A stretch of DNA of 64,000 nucleotides, from NCBI GenBank assembly GCA_964548195.1, contig CAZJQC010000001.1, positions 1 through 64,000 of the forward strand. Direction: 5' to 3'. Each line of letters begins with the position of its first letter. Position 1 is the first letter of the stretch. This DNA is from an uncultured bacterium (GTDB taxonomy: Bacteria; Macinerneyibacteriota; Macinerneyibacteria; Macinerneyibacteriales; DSCS01). The position numbers and the translations under genes were made by a program. Of this stretch, positions 18,638-28,628 are shown in pieces. Under the pieces are notes generated by a model. That model worked only from the letters and a program-made list of their open reading frames with translations, searched no databases and had not been told where the DNA came from.

Positions 18638-19490
18638 GTCCGGTCCTTTCCTCAAGTTTTGCCCGGAATCCCACGGCGCATGCCTTTGCAAGCCTTCTGA
18701 TTCGCGCTATGAAATTTGTCCTTTCCGAAACGGATATGGCTCCCCGGGCCTCAAGCAGATTGAAGAGATGGGAGTTTTTTATCACCTGATCGTACGCGGG
18801 CCTTACGAGCCCGGCCTCAAGCAGGTCAGCGCACTCCTTTTCGTTGTTTTCAAAAGCTTTCCATAGTATATCCGCATTGACCTGTTCAAGATTATAAACG
18901 GAGTTCTCGTATTCACTTTCACGGTAAATATCCCCGTACTTGACCGTATCGTTCCATTGAAGGTCGTACATGCTATCCACCTTCTGTATATACATGGCAA
19001 GCCGTTCGAGTCCGTAGGTGAGTTCGACGGCGACCGGGTCGACCTCGACACCGCCCACCTGCTGAAAATAGGTATACTGCGTCACTTCCATGCCGTCCAC
19101 CCAGACTTCCCATCCGAGTCCCCATGCGCCGACTGTCGGCGATTCCCAATCGTCCATCACAAAGCGTATGTCGTGTTCCCTGTCGGAAATACCAAGTTCG
19201 GCCAGACTGCGCAGGTATAATTCCTGTATGTTGCCCGGCACAGGTTTCATGATGACCTGATATTGAAAATAATGCTGTCCGCGATAGGGGTTTTGCCCAT
19301 AGCGTCCGTCCTTGGGACGCCGGCAGGGTTCCACGTAAGCGGCTTTCCATTCATCGTGGTCAAGGGCTCTCAAAAAAGTGTGCGGGTTGAACGTACCCGC
19401 CCCCTTTTCCATGTCATAGGGAAACAAAAGCAGCGCCCCCTGCTTTTCCCAATACAGGTTAAGTTTGCGTATGATCTGTTGAAATGTCAT
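18630..19490 (-). CDS. glyQ: Glycine-tRNA ligase alpha subunit
   Basis: [48 protein letters not shown]. Confidence 0.98.
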   Translation of the reverse strand: MTFQQIIRKLNLYWEKQGALLLFPYDMEKGAGTFNPHTFLRALDHDEWKAAYVEPCRRPKDGRYGQNPYRGQHYFQYQVIMKPVPGNIQELYLRSLAELGISDREHDIRFVMDDWESPTVGAWGLGWEVWVDGMEVTQYTYFQQVGGVEVDPVAVELTYGLERLAMYIQKVDSMYDLQWNDTVKYGDIYRESEYENSVYNLEQVNADILWKAFENNEKECADLLEAGLVRPAYDQVIKNSHLFNLLEARGAISVSERTNFIARIRRLAKACAVGFRAKLEERTGHE

Positions 19491-19532
19491 TCGCGCCTCC
19501 AAAATACTTTACATCAATTATAGCACAATGAT

Positions 19533-20414
19533 CTATATGCGTTCCAGTGCATAGCCTTTGTCGGCAAGAAGGGCTACCATACCTTTGTCGCCCACGAGAT
19601 GGCCGGCCCCGACAACGACGAAAAGGGTATCAATGTCCTCGGCCGCGACAATGGCAAGAATGCCTTCCGTCATGCGCTGATTCCGCACGTCGAACATCAG
19701 TTCGAACAACGGTTCATACTCAGGTTTTTCAGCCCTGTCCTTAAAGATGTGATCCCTCAGTCCATCGGCGTCGCCCTTTTTCCAGAGAGCCACCAGTTTC
19801 TCAAGATTTTCCCCCGGATCCGTATCGTCTTCCACCGCATCGAGAAGTGACATGATCTGTATATCTTCGGGAAAGCCGGATATATATTTCAACTGCGCTT
19901 CCAATGATTCCAGCTCAAAGATCTTTTTTTCCGGGTCCAGGTTCATGAAATGGACATCCAGCCCCTTTGCGGGGTCAAGTTTTATTTTCTGCATGGCGTT
20001 CTGCATCAGCATCATGCCGGCCAGCCAGGGCCTCATCGCGTTGAACTGCTGCCATGACAGGCCGTTTTTCTCGCAATAGTCCTTGAGTTTCGAAAATGAT
20101 TCTCCCATTGCTTCCTTCAGGGATCCTCCGGGAGGATACATGCCCTTTTCAAGCACATACCTGGTCACGGCGGACTGGTCGACATGCCTTATGTCCAATT
20201 CCACGGCCAATGCGTCGGAAGAGGCGTAGCCATTTTCGATGCCGGCGGGCAGGGGGTAAAAACTCTTATCCGCCGCATGTATTGAGCCGAAGAGATATAT
20301 TGTCTTGCCGTCCTTTTCAGCTTTCCATGCGGCCGGGGTTGATTTCGTGCCGCACCCGGCGGTGAATATAATTAAAATGAAAACCATTACCGCAAACAAT
20401 CGTCTGTTCATCAT
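19533..20414 (-). CDS. TraB/GumN-family lipoprotein
   Basis: Lipobox TAGC, YLFGSIH, GLD, LES..Q, RNQRM, VVVGAGHLVG. Confidence 0.9.
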   Translation of the reverse strand: MMNRRLFAVMVFILIIFTAGCGTKSTPAAWKAEKDGKTIYLFGSIHAADKSFYPLPAGIENGYASSDALAVELDIRHVDQSAVTRYVLEKGMYPPGGSLKEAMGESFSKLKDYCEKNGLSWQQFNAMRPWLAGMMLMQNAMQKIKLDPAKGLDVHFMNLDPEKKIFELESLEAQLKYISGFPEDIQIMSLLDAVEDDTDPGENLEKLVALWKKGDADGLRDHIFKDRAEKPEYEPLFELMFDVRNQRMTEGILAIVAAEDIDTLFVVVGAGHLVGDKGMVALLADKGYALERI

Positions 20415-21085
20415 TCCTCACTTTCGGTAGAAGACGCTTTAAACAGATCGTATCTTCGATCGGACAGCAGGTCCCTCACCGGCGCAAAAGTGCGTCTGTG
20501 AACGGGCAGCGGTCCGTATTTGTTCAAAGCCTCAATGTGTTTTCTGGTACAGTACCCTTTGTTGCTGTCAAATCCGTATTCCGGATATATTTCGGCAAGC
20601 CTTCTCATCTCCCGGTCGCGCGTCACCTTTGCGATGACAGAGGCGCAGCCCACCGTATAGGAGAGACAATCCCCTTTTACGGGATTGATCTGCGGTATAT
20701 GCGGCAGATCCAGCGGGACGGCGTCTGTTATGACAAATGCCGATGAGAGTATCTCATCGGACAGTCTTTCCACCATTGCCGTCATAGTGATCCTTGTCGC
20801 CTGGTAGACATTGAACCGGTCGACAAATTCAGGCGTGACCATCTCACAATACCAGTGACATCCGCCTTCCGTGATCCTTTCAAACAGCGCTTCTCTTGTT
20901 TTTTCTGAGATTTTCTTTGAATCGGTAACACCCGGTATAAATACTCCGGCCCGCGGCATGACAAACATGCCAACGGACAGCGGGCCGGCCGCGGGGCCGC
21001 GGCCGGCTTCGTCCAAACCGATAATATACCGTACCGGGGGATTATCTCGGAACAGCGATCTGTCATATTCCGCATTCGCATCCAT
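20411..21085 (-). CDS. rnhB: Ribonuclease HII
   Basis: GLDEAGRG, DSKK, KGD, ASVIAKVTRD, NKGY, HRRTF. Confidence 0.96.
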   Translation of the reverse strand: MDANAEYDRSLFRDNPPVRYIIGLDEAGRGPAAGPLSVGMFVMPRAGVFIPGVTDSKKISEKTREALFERITEGGCHWYCEMVTPEFVDRFNVYQATRITMTAMVERLSDEILSSAFVITDAVPLDLPHIPQINPVKGDCLSYTVGCASVIAKVTRDREMRRLAEIYPEYGFDSNKGYCTRKHIEALNKYGPLPVHRRTFAPVRDLLSDRRYDLFKASSTESEE

Positions 21086-21092
21086 GGCAAAG

Positions 21093-21443
21093 TCAGAAGC
21101 TTCTCTTCTCCTTGAGCCTCGCCTTTTTGCCGAAACGTTCTCTCATATAATAGAGTTTCGAACGTCGCACCTTGGCGCTTTTTTTGACTTCGACTTTGTC
21201 TATAAGGGGCGAATTAAGCAAAAAGGTCCTTTCGACGCCGATCTTGCCGGTGACTCTGCGCACGGTAAAGTTCGCATTTATACCGGAGCCCTGTTTTTTC
21301 AGCACGAGCCCTTCAAAAAACTGCACCCTTTCCTTATTGCCTTCTTTTATCTTCACAAACACCTTGACCGTATCTCCCACATTGACTGCGGGCAGATCGC
21401 TTCTAAGATTCTCACTATTGATCTGTTTGATTATTTCACTCAT
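21093..21443 (-). CDS. rplS: 50S ribosomal protein L19
   Basis: [33 protein letters not shown]. Confidence 0.98.
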   Translation of the reverse strand: MSEIIKQINSENLRSDLPAVNVGDTVKVFVKIKEGNKERVQFFEGLVLKKQGSGINANFTVRRVTGKIGVERTFLLNSPLIDKVEVKKSAKVRRSKLYYMRERFGKKARLKEKRSF

Positions 21444-21445
21444 AA

Positions 21446-22681
21446 TTACCTCCCGTTTCCCAGTAATCTATCCAACATTATTGCCGCGGCGCTTCTCACG
21501 GAAAGATGGTTAAAACCATTTCCCGCGGCCTTTACAGGCGCAAGGCGCACACACGCTTTTTCAAGTACGCTTTCATCAAGGCCCCAGCCCGTCCCGAACA
21601 GTATCAGCACAGGCTTTTCCGGCTGCGATCTTAAACGCTCCCGGGCTTTTTCGTATGAGATGCAGGAAACGTCATAACGCGCGCTTGTGACCCAGATCTC
21701 CGGTTCATCTCCCTCGCGTTCGCTTATGACTTCCCTGGCCTCTTCTATGGTCTCAACAAGCCTCACCGAAGCGAGCGCTTCGGAGCGGTTTGAATTATAA
21801 TCCTTTCCGGCGCCGCCGTTCCAGAAACCCAGCATATCCATGACAAAGGAGTTTTGTCTGGGGTTCGGCGATACCAAAAAATAGTTTTTAACATTATATG
21901 TACGGCAAGTCCTTGCAATATCATGTATGTCGATCGGTGTTATTGAGGTACTGACCCTGTCCCCGTGTTTGTCCACCACCGGATAATGCACCAGAGCGGT
22001 ATACACTGGGCCGCCGTTGACAAGATCCGGCCTGTAATGGAGCGTCATCTCCCTGGCCTTTTCGCGGCGCCACTCTTCTATGGCCCCGTGATTGCCGGAA
22101 ACAAGCACTTCGGGCACCTCAAGCCCCCTGAAGACCCTCGGCCTGGTATATTGGGGGTATTCCAGCATATCGGCTGAAAAACTCTCGTCCGCCGCCGAGT
22201 CACTGTTTCCCAAAACACCCGGCAACAGCCTGGTGACTGCATCTATGAGCGCCATGGCCGCTATCTCACCGCCGGATATGACAAAATCCCCGACGGAAAG
22301 TTCCTCGTCCACGACAAGTTCCGAGACACGTCTGTCCACCCCTTCATATCTGCCGCAGATAAACATGAGCTTGTCCATAGCTGCGAGGCGTTCCACAACG
22401 CGCTGATCCGCCCTTTTTCCGGAGGGTGTCAAAAGTATTCTGTGATGTCCGTCATAGACAGATTCAGCCGCCCGAACGACCGGACCCGGCTTCATGACCA
22501 TACCGGCTCCGCCGCCGAAGGGATAATCATCCGTTGTGCGGTGCTTGTCATCCGCATATTCCCTGATGTCGTGGGTATGCAGTGTGAGCGCACCGCCGTC
22601 CACGGCTCTTTTGACTATACTCTCCCCGAAAGGCGATTCAAACATAGCTGGAAATATCGTCAGCACGTCCATCCGCATCAT
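21446..22681 (-). CDS. trmD: tRNA (m1G37) methyltransferase TrmD fused to a Tm1570/DUF2168-like SPOUT domain
   Basis: [37 protein letters not shown]-terminal [30 protein letters not shown]. Confidence 0.93.
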   Translation of the reverse strand: MMRMDVLTIFPAMFESPFGESIVKRAVDGGALTLHTHDIREYADDKHRTTDDYPFGGGAGMVMKPGPVVRAAESVYDGHHRILLTPSGKRADQRVVERLAAMDKLMFICGRYEGVDRRVSELVVDEELSVGDFVISGGEIAAMALIDAVTRLLPGVLGNSDSAADESFSADMLEYPQYTRPRVFRGLEVPEVLVSGNHGAIEEWRREKAREMTLHYRPDLVNGGPVYTALVHYPVVDKHGDRVSTSITPIDIHDIARTCRTYNVKNYFLVSPNPRQNSFVMDMLGFWNGGAGKDYNSNRSEALASVRLVETIEEAREVISEREGDEPEIWVTSARYDVSCISYEKARERLRSQPEKPVLILFGTGWGLDESVLEKACVRLAPVKAAGNGFNHLSVRSAAAIMLDRLLGNGR

Positions 22682-23178
22682 ATAAGCCCTTCGTAGACTT
22701 CCACCGATATGCGTCTGTTCTCCACATCGATCTCTTTGACCATTTCCTTAATGGCGGGTATCATTATCTCTTTTTCACCGTCGACCACATATACATCGGT
22801 TCCTCCGTTGAAAAAGATCTCCTTCAATGTGCCCAACACGCCGAGCTTTATGTCGACCACTTCACATCCTATAAGCTGGTGGTGGTAGTACTCTCCCTCA
22901 TCGAGGGGGAAAAGACGGCTTTCATCCACGACTATCGACGCTCCGCGCATCTTCTCGGCATCTTCAACCGAATCAACGCCTTTAAGTTTTATCACGAAGA
23001 GCCCCCTGTTAAGGTCTTTGATGCCCTCCACGTCATATGTGTCGCGTGTGCCACGCATCTCGAAGGTCAGGCTCTTCTCCTGACGGAACCTCTGGGGAAA
23101 ATCGGTCTCGGGCGCTATTTTCAGCTCGCCTCTGACGCCGTGGGGTTTAAGTACCCTGCCGATAACAAACCACTTCAT
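22678..23178 (-). CDS. rimM: 16S rRNA processing protein RimM
   Basis: IGRVLKPHGVRGE, EGEYYHHQLIG, DVYVV, IPAI. Operon position. Confidence 0.95.
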   Translation of the reverse strand: MKWFVIGRVLKPHGVRGELKIAPETDFPQRFRQEKSLTFEMRGTRDTYDVEGIKDLNRGLFVIKLKGVDSVEDAEKMRGASIVVDESRLFPLDEGEYYHHQLIGCEVVDIKLGVLGTLKEIFFNGGTDVYVVDGEKEIMIPAIKEMVKEIDVENRRISVEVYEGLI

Positions 23179-23414
23179 ACTACCTCTAATCTGACCTTCT
23201 TCCCTGTCTTGAATCCATCCATATGAACCACTTCCTTGAGGGCTTTGATCCGTTTGCCGTTGACGCCGATAACCGCCCCCCGGTCTTTTTCAGCAAGATG
23301 TATTTTCAGGACTATGGTATCGCTGTTTTCTTCAAGATCGATGCGCACCGATTTTTTGTCCTCGACCAATTCCTTTACAAAAAACTCCAGGTTGGTCTTC
23401 ATCCTGTCCCTCAT
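23175..23414 (-). CDS. khpA: KH-domain RNA-binding protein (KhpA/YlqC)
   Basis: DRGAVIGVNG KH motif. Lies between rpsP and rimM. Confidence 0.85.
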   Translation of the reverse strand: MRDRMKTNLEFFVKELVEDKKSVRIDLEENSDTIVLKIHLAEKDRGAVIGVNGKRIKALKEVVHMDGFKTGKKVRLEVV

Positions 23415-23418
23415 AAGA

Positions 23419-23685
23419 TCATTTTTTCCCTTCGATGAACTTCGCCCATACGCCTGCTTTTTTCAGCACGCTTTTAGCCACTTCCGTGGGCTGGGCGCCT
23501 TTTGAAAGCCATTCGAGAGCCCTGTCTTCCTTGATCTCTATTCCGGCAGGATCCGTGTTGGGGTTATACTGTCCCAATTCCTCGATAGCCTTGCCGTCCC
23601 TTTTTGACCTGGAATCGGCGATCACCACTCTGTAATAGGGCTGGCCTTTCTTACCGATTCTTTTCATTCTGATTTTGACTGCCAT
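23419..23685 (-). CDS. rpsP: 30S ribosomal protein S16
   Basis: MAVKIRMKRIGKK.QPYYRVVIADSR, WLSKGAQPT. Confidence 0.98.
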   Translation of the reverse strand: MAVKIRMKRIGKKGQPYYRVVIADSRSKRDGKAIEELGQYNPNTDPAGIEIKEDRALEWLSKGAQPTEVAKSVLKKAGVWAKFIEGKK

Positions 23686-23708
23686 AGTCACCTCCGTGTT
23701 TGTTATAA

Positions 23709-25022
23709 TCAACCGAACATGCCCGGCATCTGCAGTTTGCCTTTTTTGCCGAGCTTACCCATTTTTTTCATCATCTTTCTGCTCATCTCGAACTGCCTCA
23801 ACAGCTGGTTGATCTCGGCCACTGTCCGGCCGCATCCCCGCGCTATCCTTTTTTTTCTTGATGCCTTTATTATAAAGGGTCTTCTTCTTTCCCCGGGTGT
23901 CATGGACTGTATGATGGACTCGACCCGTACAAGATGGCTGTCATCTATTTGGGTGTCGCCCGGCACTCCGGGAAGCATCTTCACGATGCTGCTTAACGGC
24001 CCCATTTTCTTTATCATCTTTATCTGGCTTAAAAAATCTTCAAGATTAAACTCGGCTTTGAGAAGTTTCTTCTCCATCTCCTCGGCCTCTTCCGCGGAAA
24101 ATTCCTGTTCGGCCTTTTCAATAAGCGTAAGGACATCTCCCATGCCCAATATCCGCGAGACCAGCCTGTCCGGATGGAACGGCTCAAAAGCGTCGAGTTT
24201 TTCGCCCGTGCCTATGTATTTGATGGGTTTTCCCAACATCATCCGCATGGAAATAGCGGCTCCGCCCCTTGCGTCGCCGTCCAGCTTGGTCATGATCACG
24301 CCGTCCACGCCGATCTTTTCCTCAAATCCCAGAGCCACGTTGACGGCGTCCTGGCCGGTCATGGCATCTAACACAAGCAGCGACTCATGCGGCCGGTATT
24401 TTTTCCGAAGTTCCGCTATCTCTGACATGAGTTCCTCGTCGGCATGCAGCCTGCCCGCGGTATCTATGATTATGACGCGCGCGAAGTTCCGCCTGGCCTC
24501 GGCTATTCCCCTGCCGACAACGCCAAGCACGTCCTTGTCGTTATGGTCGGCATACACTCCGGCGCCGATCTCTTTTCCCAGCTGCGACAGCTGGTCTATC
24601 GCCGCGGGGCGCTGAAGGTCTGCGGCGATGATATAAGGCTTCATGCCGTCCCTGAGGAACATGCCCGCCATTTTTGCGGCGGTGGTGGTCTTTCCGGAAC
24701 CCTGAAGGCCCATCAGCATCACTATCGTGGGGTCGGCCGTGGTGTCTATGCGGGAAAAACCGCCCAGAACCGACTCCAGCTCATCGCGCACTATTTTCAC
24801 GATCTGCTGTGACGGGGTAAGGCTTTTCAATATGTCCTCGCCCAGCGCCTTCTCTTCCACATTCCGTATAAAATCCTTGACTACTTTGTAATTGACGTCT
24901 GCCTCAAGCAGGGCTATACGTATTTCACGCATCCCCTCCTTAACGTGTTCGGCGCGGAGCACGCCCCGTCTGCCCAGCTTCTTAAACACCCCGTCAAGTT
25001 TTGAAGAAAGCGAATCAAACAT
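23709..25022 (-). CDS. ffh: Signal recognition particle protein Ffh
   Basis: [38 protein letters not shown], Met-rich M domain. Confidence 0.99.
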   Translation of the reverse strand: MFDSLSSKLDGVFKKLGRRGVLRAEHVKEGMREIRIALLEADVNYKVVKDFIRNVEEKALGEDILKSLTPSQQIVKIVRDELESVLGGFSRIDTTADPTIVMLMGLQGSGKTTTAAKMAGMFLRDGMKPYIIAADLQRPAAIDQLSQLGKEIGAGVYADHNDKDVLGVVGRGIAEARRNFARVIIIDTAGRLHADEELMSEIAELRKKYRPHESLLVLDAMTGQDAVNVALGFEEKIGVDGVIMTKLDGDARGGAAISMRMMLGKPIKYIGTGEKLDAFEPFHPDRLVSRILGMGDVLTLIEKAEQEFSAEEAEEMEKKLLKAEFNLEDFLSQIKMIKKMGPLSSIVKMLPGVPGDTQIDDSHLVRVESIIQSMTPGERRRPFIIKASRKKRIARGCGRTVAEINQLLRQFEMSRKMMKKMGKLGKKGKLQMPGMFG

Positions 25023-25344
25023 CCCGGCCCCTTAATCCGTTTAGAATGGAGAGGATCTCATCACGACGGGAACTGCCGTCCAGCAGGGAACTGACGGAAG
25101 AGATCGCGTCTTCAAGGGCAAACGCTCCCGCGTCAAGAGCCAGTACGGACTCAAAACGCAAAAGATTATCCACCGTTTTGCTTAACGCGGCCTGAACGGC
25201 CTGCCTGCTGACCCCGTTGTTCTCGGCGATCTCCCCGAGACTCAGATCCTCAAAGTAATAAAGCTCAAAATATTTTTTCTGCTTCTCCGTAAGAAGCCCG
25301 CCGTATATCTCGTAAAGTCTGATCCTGTGTTCACGTTTATCCAT
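25015..25344 (-). CDS. ylxM: YlxM-family helix-turn-helix protein
   Basis: [33 protein letters not shown]. Upstream of ffh. Confidence 0.92.
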   Translation of the reverse strand: MDKREHRIRLYEIYGGLLTEKQKKYFELYYFEDLSLGEIAENNGVSRQAVQAALSKTVDNLLRFESVLALDAGAFALEDAISSVSSLLDGSSRRDEILSILNGLRGRDV

Positions 25345-25360
25345 ATATCATCACGAAGGG

Positions 25361-25389
25361 ATAGTATCAGAACCCGGAAGCGGTGTCAA
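25361..25389 (-). promoter_or_regulatory. sigma70 promoter of the ylxM-ffh operon
   Basis: TTGACA (25389-25384), 17 bp ending in TGA, TACTAT (25366-25361). Confidence 0.75.
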
Positions 25390-25409
25390 GTATATATGTT
25401 TGACACAAT

Positions 25410-25440
25410 AAAAAGCCCCCGCATGAAAATACGGGGGCTT
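25410..25440 (-). terminator. Intrinsic terminator after the sHsp pair
   Basis: AAGCCCCCG-N10-CGGGGGCTT with a T-run on the minus strand. Confidence 0.7.
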
Positions 25441-25460
25441 CGGGAGGGGGGCGCGATGGC

Positions 25461-25820
25461 TCATCCTCTCTTTATGTCAACGGCCCTGGGCCTGGTCTCC
25501 GGCCGTGTCGGCAGGCTAACGGTGAGCACGCCGTTTTTAAAGACAGCCTCGACGGAGCCGGTGTCTATGGTATCCGGCAGCGAAAAGACCCGCTCCATCT
25601 TACCGTAATATATCTCGCTTCGGTTGACGGAAACGTGCTCGCCCCTGTTCCTCTCCGCGCTTATTGTCAGGTTTTCAGAATCAACGGTCACCCTGATGTC
25701 CGCCTCTTCCACCCCGGGCAGCGCCGCGGCCACGACAAACCCGTCCCCGGTCCTGCTTATTTCGAACGGAAAGCCTTTTTCAAGCCCCGCCGGCCTTTCA
25801 CATGTCATCATACGCATCAC
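25461..25820 (-). CDS. Small heat-shock protein (Hsp20/alpha-crystallin)
   Basis: AALPGV, LTISAER, EIYYGKMERVFSLP, A.FKNGVLTVSLP. Start may be 25811. Confidence 0.9.
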   Translation of the reverse strand: MMRMMTCERPAGLEKGFPFEISRTGDGFVVAAALPGVEEADIRVTVDSENLTISAERNRGEHVSVNRSEIYYGKMERVFSLPDTIDTGSVEAVFKNGVLTVSLPTRPETRPRAVDIKRG

Positions 25821-25823
25821 CCC

Positions 25824-26297
25824 TTACACGCTTTTGATCTTTATTTCCCGGCTGCCGGAACCCTTTTCCCGCTTGGGAAGCACTATTTCCACCACCCCGT
25901 TTTTGTAGGATGCCTCTATCGCGGAGCTGTCAACGGAATCGGGTATCGCGAAGTGACGCTCAAGCCGGCCGTAACCGATCTCTCTGCGGTAAAACTCGCG
26001 TCCTTCTTCCTCTTTCTCCGCCTTCTTTTCGGCGCTCAGCGACAAACGGTTGTTCTCCACGCTCAGCTTTATCTCATCCTCATCCATCCCCGGAAGGGCC
26101 GCCAGCAAGGTGAACTTCTCGTCGTCTTCCGCAATATCGACATCCATCCTCACGGCCCTCTCTCCGTACGCACTCCTTTTAACGGGAAAATAATCCTCGA
26201 ACATGCCCGCGAAACCGTCAAAGAAATCCTCAAAAGGATGCCTTTCCCTGTAAACTGCGGCCCTGTTTCCATTGTCTCTCTTCATGATCTTCATCAT
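25824..26297 (-). CDS. Small heat-shock protein (Hsp20/alpha-crystallin)
   Basis: VDIAED, ALPGM, REIGYGRLERHFAIP, ASYKNGVVEIVLPK. Confidence 0.93.
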   Translation of the reverse strand: MMKIMKRDNGNRAAVYRERHPFEDFFDGFAGMFEDYFPVKRSAYGERAVRMDVDIAEDDEKFTLLAALPGMDEDEIKLSVENNRLSLSAEKKAEKEEEGREFYRREIGYGRLERHFAIPDSVDSSAIEASYKNGVVEIVLPKREKGSGSREIKIKSV

Positions 26298-26338
26298 ATC
26301 TCCACCTCCGTTTTTTTAATACACATGCCATTATATGA

Positions 26339-26355
26339 AGCAAGAGACATGCCAA
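26339..26355 (-). promoter_or_regulatory. sigma54 (-24/-12) promoter of the sHsp operon
   Basis: Minus strand TTGGCATGTCTCTTGCT = GG-N10-GC. Confidence 0.8.
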
Positions 26356-26381
26356 AACGGCAAAAAAAAACGAAAAAAATG

Positions 26382-26394
26382 CAATCAATTGATA
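26382..26394 (-). promoter_or_regulatory. IHF-like binding site
   Basis: Minus strand TATCAATTGATTG matches WATCAANNNNTTR. Lies between the sigma54 site and the upstream repeats. Confidence 0.55.
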
Positions 26395-26461
26395 TTTAAG
26401 GACTTAGATATGCAATCGAAGAAAATTCAAACAGGCCGCCGAGACAACAATATCAAAGAAA

Positions 26462-26520
26462 GTGTGCAATATTTGCAATGTGTGTGCAATATTTACATTA
26501 CGTGTATATTTATTTTACAC
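26462..26520. repeat. Tandem imperfect palindromes (putative enhancer/UAS for a sigma54 activator)
   Basis: GTGTGCAATATTTGCA, GTGTGCAATATTTACA and GTGTATATTTATTTTACAC at ~20-bp spacing. Confidence 0.6.
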
Positions 26521-27875
26521 TATTTCCGTCCGTATTTATCCTTTATTCTGACGATATCGTCTTCGCCCAGGTAGGAGCCGGTCTGAGTCTCGACAAACTC
26601 AAGTTCTTCCGCGGCCGTGACGGTATGGCGGGAGCCTGTAGGTATATGGACGTGGTCGCCGGCCCTGACTTCATACTCTTTGCCGTCAAGGTGCATAAGC
26701 CCGCTGCCCCGGACGATCACCCAGTCTTCCGCCCGTTTTTCATGGTACTGAAGCGAAAGCATCTCGCCCTTCTTTACGGTTATTCTCTTCACCTTGTACC
26801 CGTCGCCCTCATATAAGGTGGCGAACGTCCCCCAGGGCCTGATCTCCCAGCCATGCGACTTCGCGGCAAGAGGGAACCGTTCCCCGAAAGCTTCGGCCGC
26901 GTCCTTTACAAGTTGGGACCTTTCAAGGCTGCCTACGAGAAGGACGTCTCCGGTGTCGATCACCTCAAGGCGCTCCACTCCGGCCAGGATCACTTTTTTG
27001 CCGGGCGCGCTCACAAGGTTGCCGGCGCTTTCGACCGAGACGAGTTCTCCGGACATCACCGTGTTTTCATCCGCCCCGCCCCGCATCTCCTTGACAGACG
27101 ACCAGCTGCCGACATCGCTCCAGTCGAATGAAGCTTCGACCACAGCCGCGCGGGCCGTGCGTTCCATCACCGCGTAATCCAATGATACGGGGGTGACGCC
27201 TCCATAGGCAGACTCCCCGTCTCCCGACGCAAGCCTCTCCAGAAAGACCCGCAGATCATCCGAACATCCGGCCGCTTCGGCAAGCATAACCTCTTTTTTG
27301 AACACAAACATCCCTGAGTTCCAGAGATACTCGCCGGACGACACGTATCTCTCAGCCGTTTCAACATCGGGTTTCTCGACAAAAGCTTCGACTTCGCGGC
27401 CATGCGCCGATATACGCGGCCCTGTCCTTATATAGCCATAACCCGTCTCCGGCCCGTCCGGGACGATGCCGAGCGTCACGATATAACCTCTGGAAGCCAG
27501 TCTTTCCGCCTCCGCAAGGTCCCTCGCAAGCGCCGCGGTGTCCTTGATGCGGTGATCCGCGGGCATGACCACGACGGTCTCGCCTCCGGGCACGCGCGTA
27601 AGCCCGAACAATATTGCCGGCGCGGTGTTCCTCGGCGCAGGCTCTATGAGCACGCCGCCCTCGCCAAGGCCGGGACATCTCTTTACCGCCTCTTCCAGCA
27701 GATGCGCATTGCCGCTCCCGCCTATGAGAACATAATGTTCGCCGCCTGTACGTCTCAATGTCCGTTCGATCAGGGGCCCGTTTCCATCCAGGTCCAGAAA
27801 CTGCTTGGGGAAAGCCGGCCTGCTCATGGGAAAAAGCCTTGTCCCGCTTCCGCCTGCCAATATCATATAGAACAT
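26520..27875 (-). CDS. manC: Mannose-1-phosphate guanylyltransferase / mannose-6-phosphate isomerase
   Basis: ILAGGSGTRLFPMSR..FPKQF, EPAPRNTAPA, ETGYGYI, FVEKP, WSDVGSW, RPWG and cupin SLQYH. ATG at 27875. Confidence 0.95.
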   Translation of the reverse strand: MFYMILAGGSGTRLFPMSRPAFPKQFLDLDGNGPLIERTLRRTGGEHYVLIGGSGNAHLLEEAVKRCPGLGEGGVLIEPAPRNTAPAILFGLTRVPGGETVVVMPADHRIKDTAALARDLAEAERLASRGYIVTLGIVPDGPETGYGYIRTGPRISAHGREVEAFVEKPDVETAERYVSSGEYLWNSGMFVFKKEVMLAEAAGCSDDLRVFLERLASGDGESAYGGVTPVSLDYAVMERTARAAVVEASFDWSDVGSWSSVKEMRGGADENTVMSGELVSVESAGNLVSAPGKKVILAGVERLEVIDTGDVLLVGSLERSQLVKDAAEAFGERFPLAAKSHGWEIRPWGTFATLYEGDGYKVKRITVKKGEMLSLQYHEKRAEDWVIVRGSGLMHLDGKEYEVRAGDHVHIPTGSRHTVTAAEELEFVETQTGSYLGEDDIVRIKDKYGRK

Positions 27876-27940
27876 CACACCCTCCTTATGATGTATTATA
27901 CTACAATACACTCCCCAAAAAAAGAAATTGATTATTAAAG

Positions 27941-27968
27941 TTGATAGACGCTCAAAGTTTGGTATCAT
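27941..27968 (+). promoter_or_regulatory. sigma70 promoter of ftsEX-envC (probably leaderless)
   Basis: TTGATA, 16 bp ending in TGG, TATCAT, then 6 nt to the ATG. No SD. Confidence 0.6.
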
Positions 27969-27974
27969 ATATGT

Positions 27975-28628
27975 ATGATAAGGATGAACCATGTATACAA
28001 GACATACCTGAAGACATGGCCTGCGTTGAAAGATATCAACACAATAATCAATGACGGCGAGTTCGTTTTTCTTACAGGGCCCAGCGGGGCCGGAAAGACG
28101 ACTTTTTTAAAACTGATATACGGGGAGGAAGCCCCAAGCAGAGGCGAACTCTTCGTGCAGGGCCAAAAGATCAGGAGGCTTACGCACAGGAAAAGGGCAT
28201 TGCTCAGGCAGAGAATAGGCGTGGTCTTTCAGGACTTCAAGCTCATACAGCGAAAAAGCGTGCACGAAAACCTCTCCCTGGCGGCCAACGTAGTCGGTTT
28301 CAGCCCCGCGCAGGCGGACAGGCGCATAGCCGAAGTGCTGTCCGACCTCAGGATATCCCCGAAAAAGAAAGTGCCCGTCTATCAGTTGTCGGGAGGAGAA
28401 CAGCAGCGTGTCGCCATAGCCCGGGCGCTTGTGACAAGCCCGGAGATCATTCTCGCGGACGAACCCACCGGGAACCTTGACCCGGAAATAGCATCGGCCA
28501 TCATGGACATACTCAAACTTATAAACGCGCGCGGCACGACGGTGGTCATGGCCACCCATGACTATAACCTTATTGACAGATATCCGTTCCGCAAGATACA
28601 TATCGCCGAGGGGAGGATCGATGAATAG
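27975..28628 (+). CDS. ftsE: Cell division ATP-binding protein FtsE
   Basis: GPSGAGKTT, IGVVFQDFKL, LSGGEQQRVAIARA, ADEPTGNLDP. Confidence 0.96.
   Translation: MIRMNHVYKTYLKTWPALKDINTIINDGEFVFLTGPSGAGKTTFLKLIYGEEAPSRGELFVQGQKIRRLTHRKRALLRQRIGVVFQDFKLIQRKSVHENLSLAANVVGFSPAQADRRIAEVLSDLRISPKKKVPVYQLSGGEQQRVAIARALVTSPEIILADEPTGNLDPEIASAIMDILKLINARGTTVVMATHDYNLIDRYPFRKIHIAEGRIDE

Noticed and set aside
19491..19532. T-box leaders for glyQS or cysS, and a purine riboswitch before purL
   Set aside because: Upstream regions are too short and lack the T-box or riboswitch consensus.
26298..26520. CIRCE/HrcA control of the sHsp genes
   Set aside because: No TTAGCACTC-N9-GAGTGCTAA present.
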